A stretch of 64,000 bases of DNA from Mobula hypostoma (GCF_963921235.1 NC_086108.1:4402001-4466000); one strand, 5' to 3'; counted from the stretch's first letter, positions 1 through 15,028 are shown. Program-made: numbers and translations. Notes: generated from the sequence alone by a model not told the origin.

Positions 1-3000
1 GATCCTAATGTTGTCCCACTCCTTCATCTAACTATCCTAGTTTTGTCTCACTGCTTCAACTCCCGATCCGGGTGTTGTCCCACTGCTTCATCTACCGATC
101 CTGGTGTTGTCACACTCCGTCACCTACCGGTCCTAGTGGTGTCACACTCCGTCACCTACCGGTCCCAGTGTTGTCCCACGGACCGGTCCTACTGTTGTCC
201 CACTCCTTCATCTACCGGTCGTAGTGTTGTCCCCCACTCCGTCATCTATATATCCTAGTGGTGTCCCACTCATTCATCTCCCGATCCTAATGTTGTCCCA
301 CTCCTTCATCTAACTATCCTAGTTTTGTCTCACTGCTTCAACTCCCGATCCAGGTGTTGTCCCACTGCTTCATCTACCGATCCTGGTGTTGTCCCACTCC
401 TTCATCACCCGATCCGAGTGTTGTCCCACTCCTGCATTTACCGATCCTGATGTTTCCCCACTCCTTCATCTACCGATCCTATTGTTGTCCCACGTTTTCA
501 TCTACCTCCCCTAGTGTTGTCCCACTCCTTCATCTACTGATCCTAGTGTTGTCCCAGTCCTTCGTCTACTGATCCTAGTCTTGTCCCACTTCTTCATCTA
601 CCTTTTCTAATGTCCCACTCCTTCATCGACCGATCCTAGTGTTGTCCCAGTTCTTCATCTACCGGTCCAAGTATTGTCCCACTGACCGATCCTAGTGTTG
701 TCCCACTCCTTCATCTACTGATCCTAGTGTTGTCCCAGTCCTTCGTCTACTGATCCTAGTCTTGTCCCACTTCTTCATCTACCGATCCTAGTGTTGTCCC
801 ACTCCTTTATCTACCGATCCTAGTGTTGTCCCACTCCGTCATCTACCGACCCAACTGTTGTCCCACTCCTTCATCGACCCATCCTAGTGTTGTCCCACTT
901 CTTCATCTACTTATCCTAGTGTTGTTCCACTCCTTCATCTAACTATCCTAGCGTTGTCCCACTGCTTCATCTCCCGATCTGGGTGTTGTCCCACTGTTTC
1001 AACGACCGATCCTGTTGTTGTCCCACTCCTTCATCTACCGGTCCTAGTGGTGTCACACTCCGTCACCTACCGGTCCCAGTGTTGTCCCATTCCTTCATCT
1101 ACCGGTCCGAGTGTTGTCCCACTCCGTCATCTATATATCCCACTGGTGTCCCACTCATTCATCTCCCGATCCTAATGTTGTCCCACTCCTTCATCTAACT
1201 GTCCTAGTTTTTTCGCACTGCTTCAACTCCCGATCCGGGTGTTGTCCCACTGCTTCATCTACCGATCCTGGTGTTGTTCCACAACTTCATCTCCCGAACC
1301 TAGTGTTGTCCCACTCCTTTATCTCCCGATCCGAGTGTTGTCCCATTCCTTCATCTACCGATCCGAGTGTTGTCCCACTCCGTCATCTACCGACCCAACT
1401 GTTGTCCCACTCCTTCATCTACCCATCCTAGTGTTGTCCCACTTCTTCATCTACTTATCCTAGTGTTGTCCCACTCCTTCATCTAACTATCCTAGCGTTG
1501 TCCCACTGCTTCATCTCCCGATCTGGGTGTTGTCCCACTGTTTCAACGACCGATCCTGTTGTTGTCCCACTCCTTCATCTAACTATCCTAGCGTTGTCCC
1601 ACTGCTTCATCTCCCGATCTGGGTGTTGTCCCACTGTTTCAACGACCGATCCTGTTGTTGTCCCACTCCTTCATCTACCGGTCCTAGTGGTGTCCCAGTC
1701 CATCATCTATATATCCTAGTGGTGTCCCACTCATTCATCTCCCGATCCTACTGTTGTCCCATTCCTTCATCTACCGATCCAAGTGTTGTACCACTCCTTC
1801 ATCTACCGGTCGTAGTGTTGTCCCACTCCGTCATCTATATATCCCAGTGGTGTCCCACTCATTCATCTCCCGATCCTAATGTTGTCCCACTCCTTCATCT
1901 AACTATCCTAGTTTTGTCTCACTGCTTCAACTACTGATCCGGGTGTTGTCCCACTGCTTCATCTACCGATCCTGGTGTTGTCCGATTCCTTCATCTACCA
2001 ATCCTATTGATGTCCCACACGTTCATCTAACAATCCTTGTGTTGTCCCACTCCTTCATCTCCCGATCGTAGTGTTGTCCCACTCCTTCATCTCCCGATCG
2101 TAGTGTTGTCCCACTCCTTCATCTCCCGATCGTAGTGTTGTCCCACTCCTTCATCAACCGATCCTAATGTTGTCCCACTCCTTCATCGACCTATCCTCGT
2201 GTTGTCCCATTCCTTATTCGACCGATCCTCGTGTTGTCCCATTCCTTATTCGACCGATCCGAGAGTTGTCCCACTCCTTCATCTACCGATCCTATTGTTG
2301 TCCCTCTCCTTCATCTACTGATCCTAGTGTTGTCACACTTCTTCATCTACCCATCCTAGTGGTTTCCCACTCTTTCACCTCCCGGTCGTAGTGTTGTCCC
2401 ACTGCTTTATCTACTGATCCTAGTGTTGTCCCACTCCTTCATCGACCCATCCGAGTGTTGTCCCACTACTTCATCTACCGATCCTAGTGTTGTCCCACTC
2501 CTTCATCTACCGATCCTAGTGTTGTCCCACTCCTTCATCTACCGATCCTAGTGTTGTCCCACTCCTTCATCTACCGGTCCTAGTGTTGTCCCACTCCTTC
2601 ATCTACTGATCCTAGTGTTGTCCCACTCCTTCATCGACCCATCCGAGTGTTGTCCCACTACTTCATCTACCGATCCTAGTGTTGTCCCACTCCTTCATCT
2701 ACTGATCCTAGTGTTGTCCCACTCCTTCATCGACCCATCCGAGTGTTGTCCCACTACTTCATCTACCGATCCTAGTGTTGTCCCACTCCTTCATCTACCC
2801 ATCCTAGTGTTGTCCCACTCCTTCATCTCCCGATCCTAGTGTTGTCCCACTACTTCATCTACCGATCCTAGTGTTGTCCCACTCCTTCATCGACCCATCC
2901 GAGTGTTGTCCCACTCCTTCATCTCCCGATCCTAGTGTTGTCCCACTACTTCATCTACCGATCCTAATGTTGTCCCACTCCTTCATCTACTGATCCTAGT

Positions 3001-6000
3001 GTTGTCCCACTCCTTCATCGACCCATCCGAGTGTTGTCCCACTCCTTCATCTACTGATCCTAGTGTTGTCCCACTCCTTCATCGACCCATCCGAGTGTTG
3101 TCCCACTCCTTCATCTACCGATCCGAGTGTTGTCCCTCTCCTTCATCAACCGATCCGAGTGTTGTCCCACTCCTTCATCTACCGATCCGAGTGTTGTCCC
3201 ACTCCTTCATCTACCGATCCGAGTGTTGTCCCACTCCGTCATCTACCGATCCTAGTGTTGTCCCACTCCGTCATCTACCGATCCTGGTGTTGTCCCACTC
3301 CTTCATCTACCGATCCGAGTGTTGTCCCACTCCTTCATCAACCGATCCTAGTGTTGTCCCACTCCTTCATCTACCGATCCGAGTGTTGTCCCATTCCTTC
3401 ATCTACCGATCCGAGTGTTGTCCCACTCCTTCATCAACCGATCCTAGTGTTGTCCCACTGCTTTATCTACCGATCCAAGTGTTGTCCCACTCCTTCTTCA
3501 ACTGATCCGAGTGTTGTCCCACTACTTCATCTACCGATCCGAGAGTTGTCCCACTCCTTCATCTACCGATCCAAGTGTTGTCCCACTCCTTCATCTACCG
3601 ATCCTGGTGTTGTCCCACTCCTTCATCTACTGATCCTGGTGTTGTCCCACTCCTTCATCTACCGATCATAGTGTTGTCCCACTCCTTCATCTCCCGATCC
3701 GAGAGTTGTCCCACTCCTTCATCTACTGATCCTGGTGTTGTCCCACTCCTTCATCTACCGATCCGAGAGTTGTCCCACTCCTTCATCTACCGATCCTGGT
3801 GTTGTCCCACTGCTTCATCTACTGATCCTAGTGTTGTCCCACTGCTTCATCGACCGATCCTAGTGTTGTCCCACTGCTTCATCTACTGATCCTAATGTTG
3901 TCCCACTGCTTCATCTACTGATCCTAGTGTTGTCCCACTCCTTCATCGACCGATCCTAGTGTTGTCCCACTCCTTCATCTACCGATCCTGGTGTTGTCCC
4001 ACTCCTTCATCTACCGATCCTAGTGTTGTCCCACTCCTTCATCTACCGATCCTAGTGTTGTCCCACTCCGTCATCTACCCATCCTAGTGTTGTCCCACTC
4101 CTTCATCGACCGATCCTGGTGTTGTCCCACTCCTTCATCGACCGATCCTAGTGTTGTCCCACTCCTTCATCTACCGATCCGAGTGTTGTCCCACTCCATC
4201 ATCTACCGATCCTGGTGTTGTCCCACTCCTTCATCTACCGATCCGAGTGTTGTCCCACTCCTTCATCTACCGATCCTGGTGTTGTCCCACTCCTTCATCT
4301 ACCGATCCTGGTGTTGTCCCACTCCTTCATCTACCGATCCTAGTGTTGTCCCACTCCTTCATCTACCGATCCGAGTGTTGTCCCACTCCTTCATCTACCG
4401 ATCCTGGTGTTGTCCCACTCCTTCATCCCCCGATGCTAGTATTGTCCCACTCCTTCATCCCCCGATGCTAGTATTGTCCCACTCTGTCTTCTACCCATCC
4501 TAGTGTTGTCCCACTTTTTCATGTACTGATCCTAGTGTTGTCCCACTCCTTCATCTACCGATCCTGGTGTTGTCCCACTCCTTCATCTACTGATCCTAGT
4601 GTTGTCCCACTCCTTCATCTACTGATCCTAGTCTTGTCCCACTTCTTCATCTACCTTTTCTAATGTTGTCCCACTCCTTCATCTCCTGATCCAAGTGTTG
4701 TCCCTCTCCTTCATCTACCAACCCTAGTGTTGTCCCACTCCGTCATCTACCGACCCAACTGTTGTCCCACTCCTTCAACTACCCATCCTAGTGTTGTCCC
4801 ACTTCTTCATCTACTTATCCTAGTGTTGTCCCACTCCTTCATCTAACTATCCTAGCGTTGTCCCACTGCATCATCTCCCGATCTGGGTGTTGTCCCACTG
4901 TTTCAACGACCGATCCTGGTGTTGTCCCACTTCTTCATCTACCGGTCCTAGTGGTGTCACACTCCGTCACCTACCGGTCCCAGTGTTGTCCCATTCCTTC
5001 ATCTACCGATCCGAGTGTTGTCCCACTCCTTCATCTACCGATCCTGGTGTTGTCCCACTCCATCATCTATATATCCTAGTGGTGTCCCACTCATTCATCT
5101 CCCGATCCTAATGTTGTCCCACTCCTTCATCTAACTATCCTAGTTTTGTCTCACTGCTTCAACTCCCGATCCGGGTGTTGTCCCACTGCTTCATCTACCG
5201 ATCCTGGTGTTGTTCCACAACTTCATCTCCCGAACCTAGTGTTGTCCCACTCCTTTACTTCCCGATCCGAGTGTTGTCCCATTCCTTCATCTACCGATCC
5301 GAGTGTTGTCCCACTCCTTCATCGACCTATCCTGGTGTTGTCCCACTCCTTCATCTATATATCCCAGTGGTGTCCCACTCATTCATCTCCCGATCCTAAT
5401 GTTGTCCCACTCCTTCATCTAACTATCCTAGTTTTGTCTCACTGCTTCAACTCCCGATCCAGGTGTTGTCCCACTGCTTCATCTACCGATCCTGGTGTTG
5501 TCCCACTCCTTCATCACCCGATCCGAGTGTTGTCCCACTCCTGCATTTACCGATCCTGGTGTTTCCCCACTCCTTCATCTACCGATCCTATTGTTGTCCC
5601 ACGTTTTCATCTACCGATCCTAGTGTTGTCCCACTCCTTCATCTACCGATCCTAGTGTTGTCCCACTTCTTCATCTACTTATCCTAGTGTTGTCCCACTC
5701 CTTCATCTAACTATCCTGGTGTTGTCCCACAACTTCATCTCCCAAACCTAGTGTTGTCCCACTCCTTCATCTACCGGTCTTAGTGTTGTCCCACTCCTTT
5801 ATCTCCCGATCCGAGTGTTGTCCCACTCTGTCTTCTACCCATCCTAGTGTTGTCCCACTTTTTCATCTACCTATCCTAGTGTTGTCCCACTCCGTCATCT
5901 AGCGATCCTAGTGCTGTCCCACTTCTTCTTCTACCGGTCCTAGTGTTGTCCCACTGACCAGTCCTAGTGTAGTCGCACTCCTTCATCTACTGATCCTAGT

Positions 6001-9000
6001 GGTGTCCCACTCCTTCGTCTACTGATCCTAGTCTTGTCCCACTTCTTCATCTACCTTTTCTAATGTCCCACTCCTTCATCGACCGATCCTAATGTTGTCC
6101 CACTTCTTCATCTACCGGTCCAAGTATTGTCCCACTGACCGATCCTAGTGTTGTCCCACTCCTTTATCTACCGATCCTAGTGTTGTCCCACTCCTTCATC
6201 GACCCATCCGAGTGTTGTCCCACTCCTTCATCTACCTATCCTAGTGTTGTCCCACTCCTTCTTCTACTGATCCTAGTGTTGTCCCACTCCGTCATCTACC
6301 GATTCTAGTGTTGTCCGATTCCTTCATCTACCAATCCTATTGATGTCCCACACGTTCATCTACCAATCCTTGTGTTGTCCCACTCCTTCATCTCCCTATC
6401 TTACTGTTGTCCCACTCCTTCATCTCCCGATCGTAGTGTTGTCCCACTCCATCATCTACCGATCCTGGTGTTGTCCCACTCCTTCATCTACCGATCCTAG
6501 TGTTGTCCCACTCCTTCATCTCCCGATCCCAGTGTTGTCCCACTCCTTATTCGACCGATCCTAGTGTTGTCCCTCTCCTTCATCTACCGATCCTAGTGGT
6601 GTCCCACTCCTTCATCTACCGATCCTATTGTTGTCCCACTCCTTCATCGACCGATCTTAGTGTTGTCACACTCCTTCATCTACCGATCCTAGTGGTTTCC
6701 CACTCTTTCACCTCCCGGTCGTAGTGTTGTCCCACTCAGACATCTACCGATCCTGGTGTTGTCCCACTCCTTCATCTACTGATCCGAGAGTTGTCCCACT
6801 CCTTCATCTACTGATCCTAGTGTTGTCCCACTGCTTTATCTACCAATCCTTGTGTTGTCCCACTCCTTCATCTACCGATCCAGGTGTTGTCCCACTCCTT
6901 CATCTACCGATCCGAGTGTTGTCCCACTACTTCATCAACCGATCCAGGTGTTGTCCCACTCTTTCATCGCCCGATCCTAATGTTGTCCCACTCCTTCATC
7001 TACCGATCCTAGTGTTGTCCCACTCCTTCATCTACCGATCCGAGTGTTGTCCCATTCCTTCATCTCCCTATACTAGTGTTGTCCCACTCCTTCATCTACC
7101 AATCCTTGTGTTGTCCCACTCCTTCATCTCCCTAACCTAGCATTGTCCCACTCTGTCATCGGCATATCCCAGTATTGTCCCTCTCCTTCACCTCCCGATC
7201 CTAGTGTTGTCCCACTCATTCATCTACATATCCTAGTGTTGTCCCACTCATTCATCTCCAGAACCTAGTGTTCTCCCATTCCTTCATCTCCCTATCCTAG
7301 TTTTGTCCCACTCCTTCATCTCCCGATCGGGGTGTTGTCCCACTGCTTGATCTACCGATCCTGGTGTTGTCCCACTTCTTTAATACCCAAACCTAGTGTT
7401 GTCCCACTCCTTCATATACCGATCCTGGTGTTGTCCCTCTCCTTCAATACCCAAACCTAGGGTTGTCCCACTCTGTCATCTCCCGATGCTAATGTTGTCC
7501 CACTCCTTCATCGACCGATCCTAATGTTGTCCACCTCCTTCATCAACCGATCCGAGTGTTGTCCCACTCCTTCATCTCCCTATCCTAATGTTGTCCCACT
7601 CCTTCATCTACCGATCCTAATGTTGTCCCACTCCTTCATCTCCCGATCCTAATGTTGTCCCACTCCTTCATCGACCGATCCTAATGTTGTCCCACTCCTT
7701 CATGTCCCTATCCTAGTGTTGTCCCACTCCTTCATCGACCGATCCTAATGTTGTCCCAGTCCTTCATCTACCGAATCTAGTGTTGTCCCACTCCTTCATG
7801 TCCCTATCCTAGTGTTGTCCCATTCCTTCATCTAACTATCCTAGTCTTGTCCCACTGCTTCATCTCCCAATTGGGGTATTGTCCCACTGCTTGATCTACC
7901 GATCCTGGTGTTGTCCCACTCCTTTAATACCCAAACCTAGTGTTGTCCCACTCCTTCATATACCGATCCTGGTGTTGTCCCTCTCATTCAATACCCAAAC
8001 CTAGGGTTGTCCCACTCTGTCATCTCCCGATGCTAATGTTGTCCCACTCCTTCATCGACCGATCCTAATGTTGTCCCACTCCTTCATCTCCCGATCCTAG
8101 TGTTGTCCCACTCCTTCATCTACTGACCCTAATGTTGTCCCTCTCCGTCATCTACCGCTCCTAGTTGTTTCCTACTCCTTCATCTGCCGATTGTAGTGTT
8201 GTCCTACTCCGTCATCTCCCAATCCTAGTGTTGTCCCAGTCCTGTATCATCTGATCTTAGTGTTGTCCCACTGCTTCATCTCCCGAACCTAGTGTTGTCC
8301 CACTCTGTCATCTCCCGATGCTAGTGTTGTCCCACTCTGTCATCTCCCGATGCTAGTGTTGTCCCACTCCTTCATCGACCGATCCTAATGTTGTCCCACT
8401 CCGTCATCTACTGATCCAGGTGTTGTCCCACTCCTTCATCTACCAATCCTGGTTTTGTCCCACTCCGTCATCTACCGATCCAGGTGTTGTCCCACTCCAT
8501 CATCTACCGATCCAGGTGTTGTCCCACTCCTTCATCTACTGATCCTAGTGTTGTCCCACTCCTTCATCTACTGACCCTAATGTTGTCCCTCTCCGTCATC
8601 TACCGCTCCTAGTTGTTTCCTACTCCTTCATCTGCCGATTGTAGTGTTGTCCTACTCCGTCATCTCCCAATCCTAGTGTTGTCCCATTCCTGTATCAACC
8701 GATCTTAGTGTTGTCCCACTCTGTCATCTCCCGATGCTAGTGTTGTCCCACTCTGTCATCTCCCGATGCTAGTGTTGTCCCACTCTGTCATCTCCCGATG
8801 CTAGTGTTGTCCCACTCCTTCATCGACCGATCCTAATGTTGTCCCACTCCGTCATCTACTGATCCAGGTGTTGTCCCACTCCTTCATCTACCAATCCTGG
8901 TTTTGTCCCACTCCGTCATCTACCGATCCAGGTGTTGTCCCACTCCATCATCTACCGATCCAGGTGTTGTCCCACTCCTTCATCTACTGATCCTAGTGTT

Positions 9001-12000
9001 GTCCCACTCCGTCATCTACCGATCCAGGTGTTGTCCCACTCCTTCATCTACCGATCCTGGTGTTGTCCCACTCCTTCATCTACCGATCCTGGTTTTGTCC
9101 CACTCCTTCATCTCCCGATCCGAGTGTTGTCCCACTCCTTCATCGACCGATCCTAGTGTTGTCCCAATCCTTCATCGACCTATCCTAGTCTTGTCCCACT
9201 CCTTCATCTCCCGATCCTCGTGATGTCCCACTCCTTCATCTCCCGATCCTCGTGTTGTCCCACTCCTTCATGTCCAGATCCTAGTGTTGTCCCACTCCTA
9301 CATCAACCGATCCGAGTGTTATCCCACTCCTTCATTCCCCGAACCTAGTGTTGTCCCACTCCTTCATCAACTGATCCTAGTATTGTCCCACTCATTCATC
9401 TACTGATTAGAGTGTTATTCCACTCCGTCATCTACTGATCCAAGTGTTGTCCCACTCCGTCATCTATCGATCCTAGTGTTGTCCCACTCTGTCATCTGCA
9501 TATCCCAGTATTGTCCCACTCCTTCATCTCCCGATCGCAGTGTTGTCCCACTCATTAATCTACATATCCTAGGGTTGTCCCACTCATGCATCTCCCCATA
9601 CTAGTGTTGTCCCACTCCTTCATCTCCAGAAACTAGTGTTCTCCCATTCCTTCACCTGCATATCCTAGTGTTGTCCCACTGCTTCATCTACCGATCCTAG
9701 TGGTTTCCCACTCCTTCATCTACCGATCCTAGTAATGTCCCACACCTTCATCGACCTATCCAAGTGTTCTCCCACTCCTTCATCTGCCTATCCTAGTGTT
9801 GTCCCACTCCTTCATCTACCGATCCTAGTAATGTCCCACACCTTCATCGACCTATCCAAGTGTTCTCCCACTCCTTCATCTGCCTATCCTAGTGTTGTCC
9901 CACTGCTTCATCTACCGATCCTAGTAATGTCCCACACCTTCATCGACCTATCCAAGTGTTCTCCCACTCCTTCATCTGCCTATCCTAGTGTTGTCCCACT
10001 CCTTCATCTCCCAAACCTAGTGTTGTCCCACTCCTTCATCTTCCGATCCTAGTGTTGTCCCACTCCTTCAATACCCAAACCTAGTGTTGTCCCACTCCTT
10101 CATCGACCGATCCTAGTGTTGTCCCACTCCTTCATCTACCCATCCTGGTGTTGTCCCACTCCTTCATCTCCCGATCCTAGTGTTGTCCCACTCCTTCATC
10201 GACCGATCCTAGTGTTGTCCCACTCCTTCATCTACCGATCCTGGTGTTGTCCCACTCCTTCATCTCCCGATCCTAGTGTTGTCCCACTCCTTCATCTACC
10301 TATCCTAGTGTTGTCCCACTCCTTCATCTACCCATCCTAGTGTTGTCCCACTCCTTCATCAACCGATCCGAGTGTTGTCCCACTCCTTCATCAACCGATC
10401 CGAGTGTTGTCCCACTCCTTCATGTCCCTATCCTAGTGTTGTCCCAGTCCTTCATCTACTGACCCTAATGTTGTCCCTCTCCGTCATCTACTGGTCCTAG
10501 TTGTTTCCCACTCCTTCATCTGCCGATTGTAGTGTTGTCCTACTCCGTCATCTCCCAATCCTAGTGTTGTCCCATTCTTTCATCTACCGATCCTTGTGTT
10601 GTCCCACTCCTTCGTCTATCGATCCTGGTGTTGTCCCACTCCTTCATGTCCCGATACTAGAGTTGTCCCACTCCTTTATCTCCCTATCCTAATGTTGTCC
10701 AAATCCTTCATCTAACTATCCCAGTTTTGTCCCACTGCTTCATCTACCGATCCTGGTGTTGTCCCACTCCGTCATCTACTGATCCTGTTGTTGTCCCACT
10801 CCTTCAATACCCAAACCTAGTGTTGTCCCACTCCTTCATCTTCCGATCCTAGTGTTGTCCCACTCCTTGGTCTGCCGATCCTAGTGTTGTCCCACTCCTT
10901 CATCTCCCGATCCTAGTGTTGTCCCACTCCTTGGTCTGCCGATCCGAGTGTTGTCCCACTCCTTCATCTTCCCATCCTAGTGTTGTTCCATTTCTTCATC
11001 TCCCGATCTGTGTTGTCCCATTCCTTCATCTACCCATCCTAGTGTTGTCCCACTCTGTCATCTGCATATCCCACTATTGTCCCACTCCTTCATCTCCTGA
11101 TCCTAGTGTTGTCCCACTCATTCATCTACATATCCTAGGGTTGTCCCACTCATTCATCTACATATCCTTGTGTTGTCCCACTCCTTCATCTCCAGAACCT
11201 AATGTTCTCCCATTCCTTCATCTCCCTATCCTAGTTTTGTCCCACTCCTTCATCTCCCGATCGGGGTGTTGTCCCACTGCTTGATCTACCGATCCTGGTG
11301 TTGTCCCACTTCTTTAATACCCAAACCTAGTGTTGTCCCACTCCTTCATATACCGATCCTGGTGTTGTCCCTCTCATTCAATACCCAAACCTAGGGTTGT
11401 CCCACTCTGTCATCTCCCGATGCTAATGTTGTCCCACTCCTTCATCGACCGATCCTAATGTTGTCCACCTCCTTCATCAACCGATCCGAGTGTTCTCCCA
11501 CTCCTTCATCTCCCTATCCTAGTGTTGTCCCAGTCCTTCATCTACTGACCCTAATGTTGTCCCTCTCCGTCATCTACTAGTCCTAGTTGTTTCCCACTCC
11601 TTCATCTGCCGATTGTAGTGTTGTCCTACTCCGTCATCTCCCAATCCTAGTGTTGTCCCATTCCTTCATCTACCGATCCTTGTGTTGTCCCGCTCCTTCA
11701 TCTCCAGAACCTCGTGTTGTCCCACTCTTTCATCTACCGATCCGAGTGTTGGCCCACTCCTTCATCTAGCGATCCGAGTGTTATCCCACTCCTTCATCTA
11801 CCCATCCTCGTGTTGTCGCACTCCTTCATCGACCTATCTAAGTGTTCTCCCATTCCTTCATCTACCGATCCTAATGTTGTCCTGCTCCTTCATCTCCCTA
11901 TCTTAGTTTTGTCCCATTCCTTCATTTCCAAATCCAAGTGTTGTCCCACTCTTTCATCTACCGATCCGAGTGTTGTCCCACTCCTTCATCTAGCGATCCG

Positions 12001-13211
12001 AGTGTTGTCCCACTCCTTCATCTACCGATCCTAGTGGTTTCCCACTCTTTCACCTCCCGGTCGTAGTGTTGTCCCACTCCATCATCTACCGATCCTGGTG
12101 TTGTCCCACTCCTTCATCAACCGATCCGAGTGTGTCCCACTCCTTCATCTCTGATCCTGGTGTTGTCCCACTCCTTCATCTCCCTATCCTAGTGTTGTCC
12201 CACCCTGTCATCTGCATATCCCAGTATTGTCCCACTCCTTCATCTCCCGATCCTAGTGTTGTCCCACCCTGTCATCCACATATCCTTGTGTTGTCCCACT
12301 CCTTCATCTCCAGAACCTAGTGTTCTCCCATTCCTTCATCTCCCTATCCTAGTGTTGTCCCACTCCTTCATCTAACTATCCTAGTCTTGTCCCACTGCTT
12401 CATCTCCCGATCGGGTGTTGTCCCACTGCTTGATCTACCATCCTGGTGTTGTCCCACTCCTTCAATACCCAAACCTAGTGTTGTCCCACTCCTTCATATA
12501 CCGATCCTGGTGTTGTCCCTCTCCTTCATCTCCAGATCCTAGTGTTGTCCCACTCCTTCATCTACCGATCCTCGTGTTGTCTCACTCCTTCATGTCCCGA
12601 TACTAGAGTTGTCCCACTCCTTCATCTCCCTATCCTAATGTTGTCCCAATCCTTTATCTAACTATCCCAGTTTTGTCCCACTGCTTCATCTCTCGATCCG
12701 GGTGTTGTCCCACTGCTTCATCTACCGATCCTGGTGTTGTCCCACTCCTTCAATACCCAAACCTAGTGTTGTCCCACTCCTTCATCTTCCGATCCTAGTG
12801 TTGTCCCACTCCTTCAATACCCAAACCTAGTGTTGTCCCACTCCTTCATCTTCCGATCCTAGTGTTGTCCCACTCCTTCATCTCCCGATCCTAGTGTTGT
12901 CCCACTCCTTCGTCTGCCGATCCGAGTGTTGTCCCACACCTTCATCTTCCCATCCTAGTGTTGTTCCATTCCTTCATCTCCCGATCTGTGTTGTCCCACT
13001 CCTTCCTCTACCCATCCTAGTGTTGTCCCACTCTGTCATCTATCGATCCTAGTGTTGTCCCACTCCTTCCTCTACCCATCCTAGTGTTGTCCCACTCCTT
13101 CATCTTCCCATCCTAGTGTTGTCCCACTCCTTCATCTCCCAATCCTTGTGTCCCACTCCATCATCTATCGATCCTAGTGTTGTCCCACTCCATCATCTCC
13201 CGATCCTAGTG
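1..13211. repeat. Large tandem satellite, 32-bp unit (consensus GTGTTGTCCCACTCCTTCATCTACCGATCCTA), roughly 410 copies, open at the window start
   Basis: The 32-nt unit repeats continuously with point variants. It ends abruptly at ...CGATCCTAGTG (~13211), where LINE-derived sequence begins. Confidence 0.97.
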
Positions 13212-13838
13212 CTAAGGACACAAGTGCAATTATGAAGAAAGCACAGCAGAATCTCTATTTCCTCAGGAGTTTGTTGAGATTCAGCACGATATCTAAGACC
13301 TTGACAAACTTCTATAGATGTGTGGTGGAGAGTATATTGACTGGCTGCATCACAGCCTGGTATGGAAACACCCATGCCCTTTAACACAGAATCCTACAAA
13401 AAGGGTAATGGATACGGCCCAGTCTATCATCTGTAAAGCCCTCCTAACCACATGAAACTCTGTCGTAGGAAAGCAGCATCCGTCATCAGAGATCCCCACC
13501 ACCCAGGCCGTGCTCTCTTCTCGCTGCTGCCATCAGGTAGAAGGTATAGGAGCCGCAGGACTCTCACCACCAGGTTCAAGAACAGTTACTACCCCCCAAC
13601 CATCAGGCTCTTGAACAAAAATGGGGAAAACTGCACTTCCTAGCCCTTCCATTGAGATGTTCCCAGAAACAACTTTAAGGACTCTTTATCTCATGTTCTC
13701 GTAATTTATTGCTATTTATTTATATTTGCACGGTCTGTTATCTCCTGCACTCTGGTTGATCTTTCATTGATCCTGTGATAGTTACTGTTCTATAGATTTG
13801 CTGTGTATGCCCACAGGAAATGACTCTCAGGGTTGTAT
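13212..13838 (+). mobile_element. Decayed 3' end of a Rex1/Babar-type non-LTR retrotransposon
   Basis: Translates as KKAQQNLYFLRS..KTLTNFYRCVVESILTGCITAWYG and RKAASVIRDPHHPGRALFSLLPSGRRYRS, the C-terminal region following RT in this group. An AT-rich 3' UTR follows. Confidence 0.75.
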
Positions 13839-14099
13839 CCGGGGGTCGGGTGGGGATGGCTAGGCAGGTGCTACACCTCGCCCAAGGGTGCCCTGTGGGC
13901 TAGCAGAGGGAAGGAGCACCTTACACCTCCTTTGGTAGAGACGTATCTCCACCCCACCACCCAAAGTTAAGAAGTATGAAAACATAAATAAGTCGTTCAT
14001 AGAGAGAGCAGGTAGTGAGGTAGTGATTATGGACCGTCCAGAAACCTGATGGTGGACGGGAAGAAGCTCTTCCTGAAACCCATCAGATTGAGCAGCATC

Positions 14100-14630
14100 A
14101 ACAGAATCAGAATGAGGCCTACGTCGTATAACTTGTTGTCTTTGCAGCAGCAGTACAATGCAATACATAATAATGGGGAAAATCTGTTAGTTACAGTGAG
14201 TGTATATAGTTAAATAAATAAAATGAATAGGAATGCAAAAGTAGTCAGGTAGTGTTCATGGGTTCAATGTCCATTCAGAAATCTGATGGCAGAGGGGAAG
14301 AAGCTGTTCCTGAATCATTGAGTTTGTGCCTTCAGGCTCCTGTACCTCCTTCCTGATGGTAGCAATGAGAAGAGGGCACGTCCTGGGTGATGGATGCTGC
14401 CTTTCTGAGGCATCGCTCCTTGGAACTGTCCTGGATACTACGGAGGCTAGTGCCCATGATGGAGCTGACTGAGTTTACAACTCTCTGCAGCTGACTTTGA
14501 CCTTGTGCAATGTCCCCCCCACCCCACCAGACAGTGATGCAGTCAGTTAGAATGCCCTCCATGGTACATCTATAGAAGTTCTTGAGTGTTTTTAGGTGAC
14601 ATTCCAAATCTCCCCAAACTCCTAATGAAG
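14100..14630 (-). mobile_element. Decayed 3' end of a Rex1/Babar-type LINE
   Basis: Minus-strand ORF 14332-14637 reads LKTLKNFYRCTMEGILTDCITVWW...KERCLRKAASI. Confidence 0.7.
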
Positions 14631-14671
14631 TCGACATTTTGGACTGAGACCCTCAATCAGGACACTGCTCA

Positions 14672-15028
14672 GTTCTTCTCTCTGGACTCTTACATCCGAT
14701 CTTCTCACCAGCCGATCACCTCCCCCTGGGTCCTCCCCTCACCCTCCCCTTTCTCCTAGGGTCCACTCTCCCCTCCTGTCCAATTCCCTCCTCTGCTGTC
14801 CCTTACCTTTCCCACCCACCTGGCTTCCCCTATCACCTTCCAGCTATCCTCCTTCCCCTCTTCCCACCTTTTTATTCAGGCATCTTCCCCCCTTCCTTTC
14901 CAGTCCCGATGACAGGTCTCAGTCCGAAACATCGACTGTTCATTCCCCTCTATAGATGGCACCTGACCTGCTGAGTTCCTCCAGCATTTTGTGTGTGTTG
15001 CTTTAGACGTCTAGCATCTGCAGAACCT
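14672..15028 (+). mobile_element. Penelope-like-element terminal-repeat fragment with a degenerate hammerhead motif at 14901-14938
   Basis: A pyrimidine-rich leader precedes CAGTC-CCGATGA-CAGGTCTCAGTCC-GAAA-CA-TC-GACTG. The shared tail CCTGCTGAGTTCCTCCAGCATTTTGTGTGTGTTGC also occurs at other loci in the window. Confidence 0.6.

Noticed and set aside
1..13211. CRISPR-like array (32-nt periodicity) and many 60-200 aa Ser/Pro/Cys/His ORFs
   Set aside because: The units are contiguous with no unique spacers, there are no cas genes, and the context is vertebrate. The ORFs are the three reading frames of the satellite unit.
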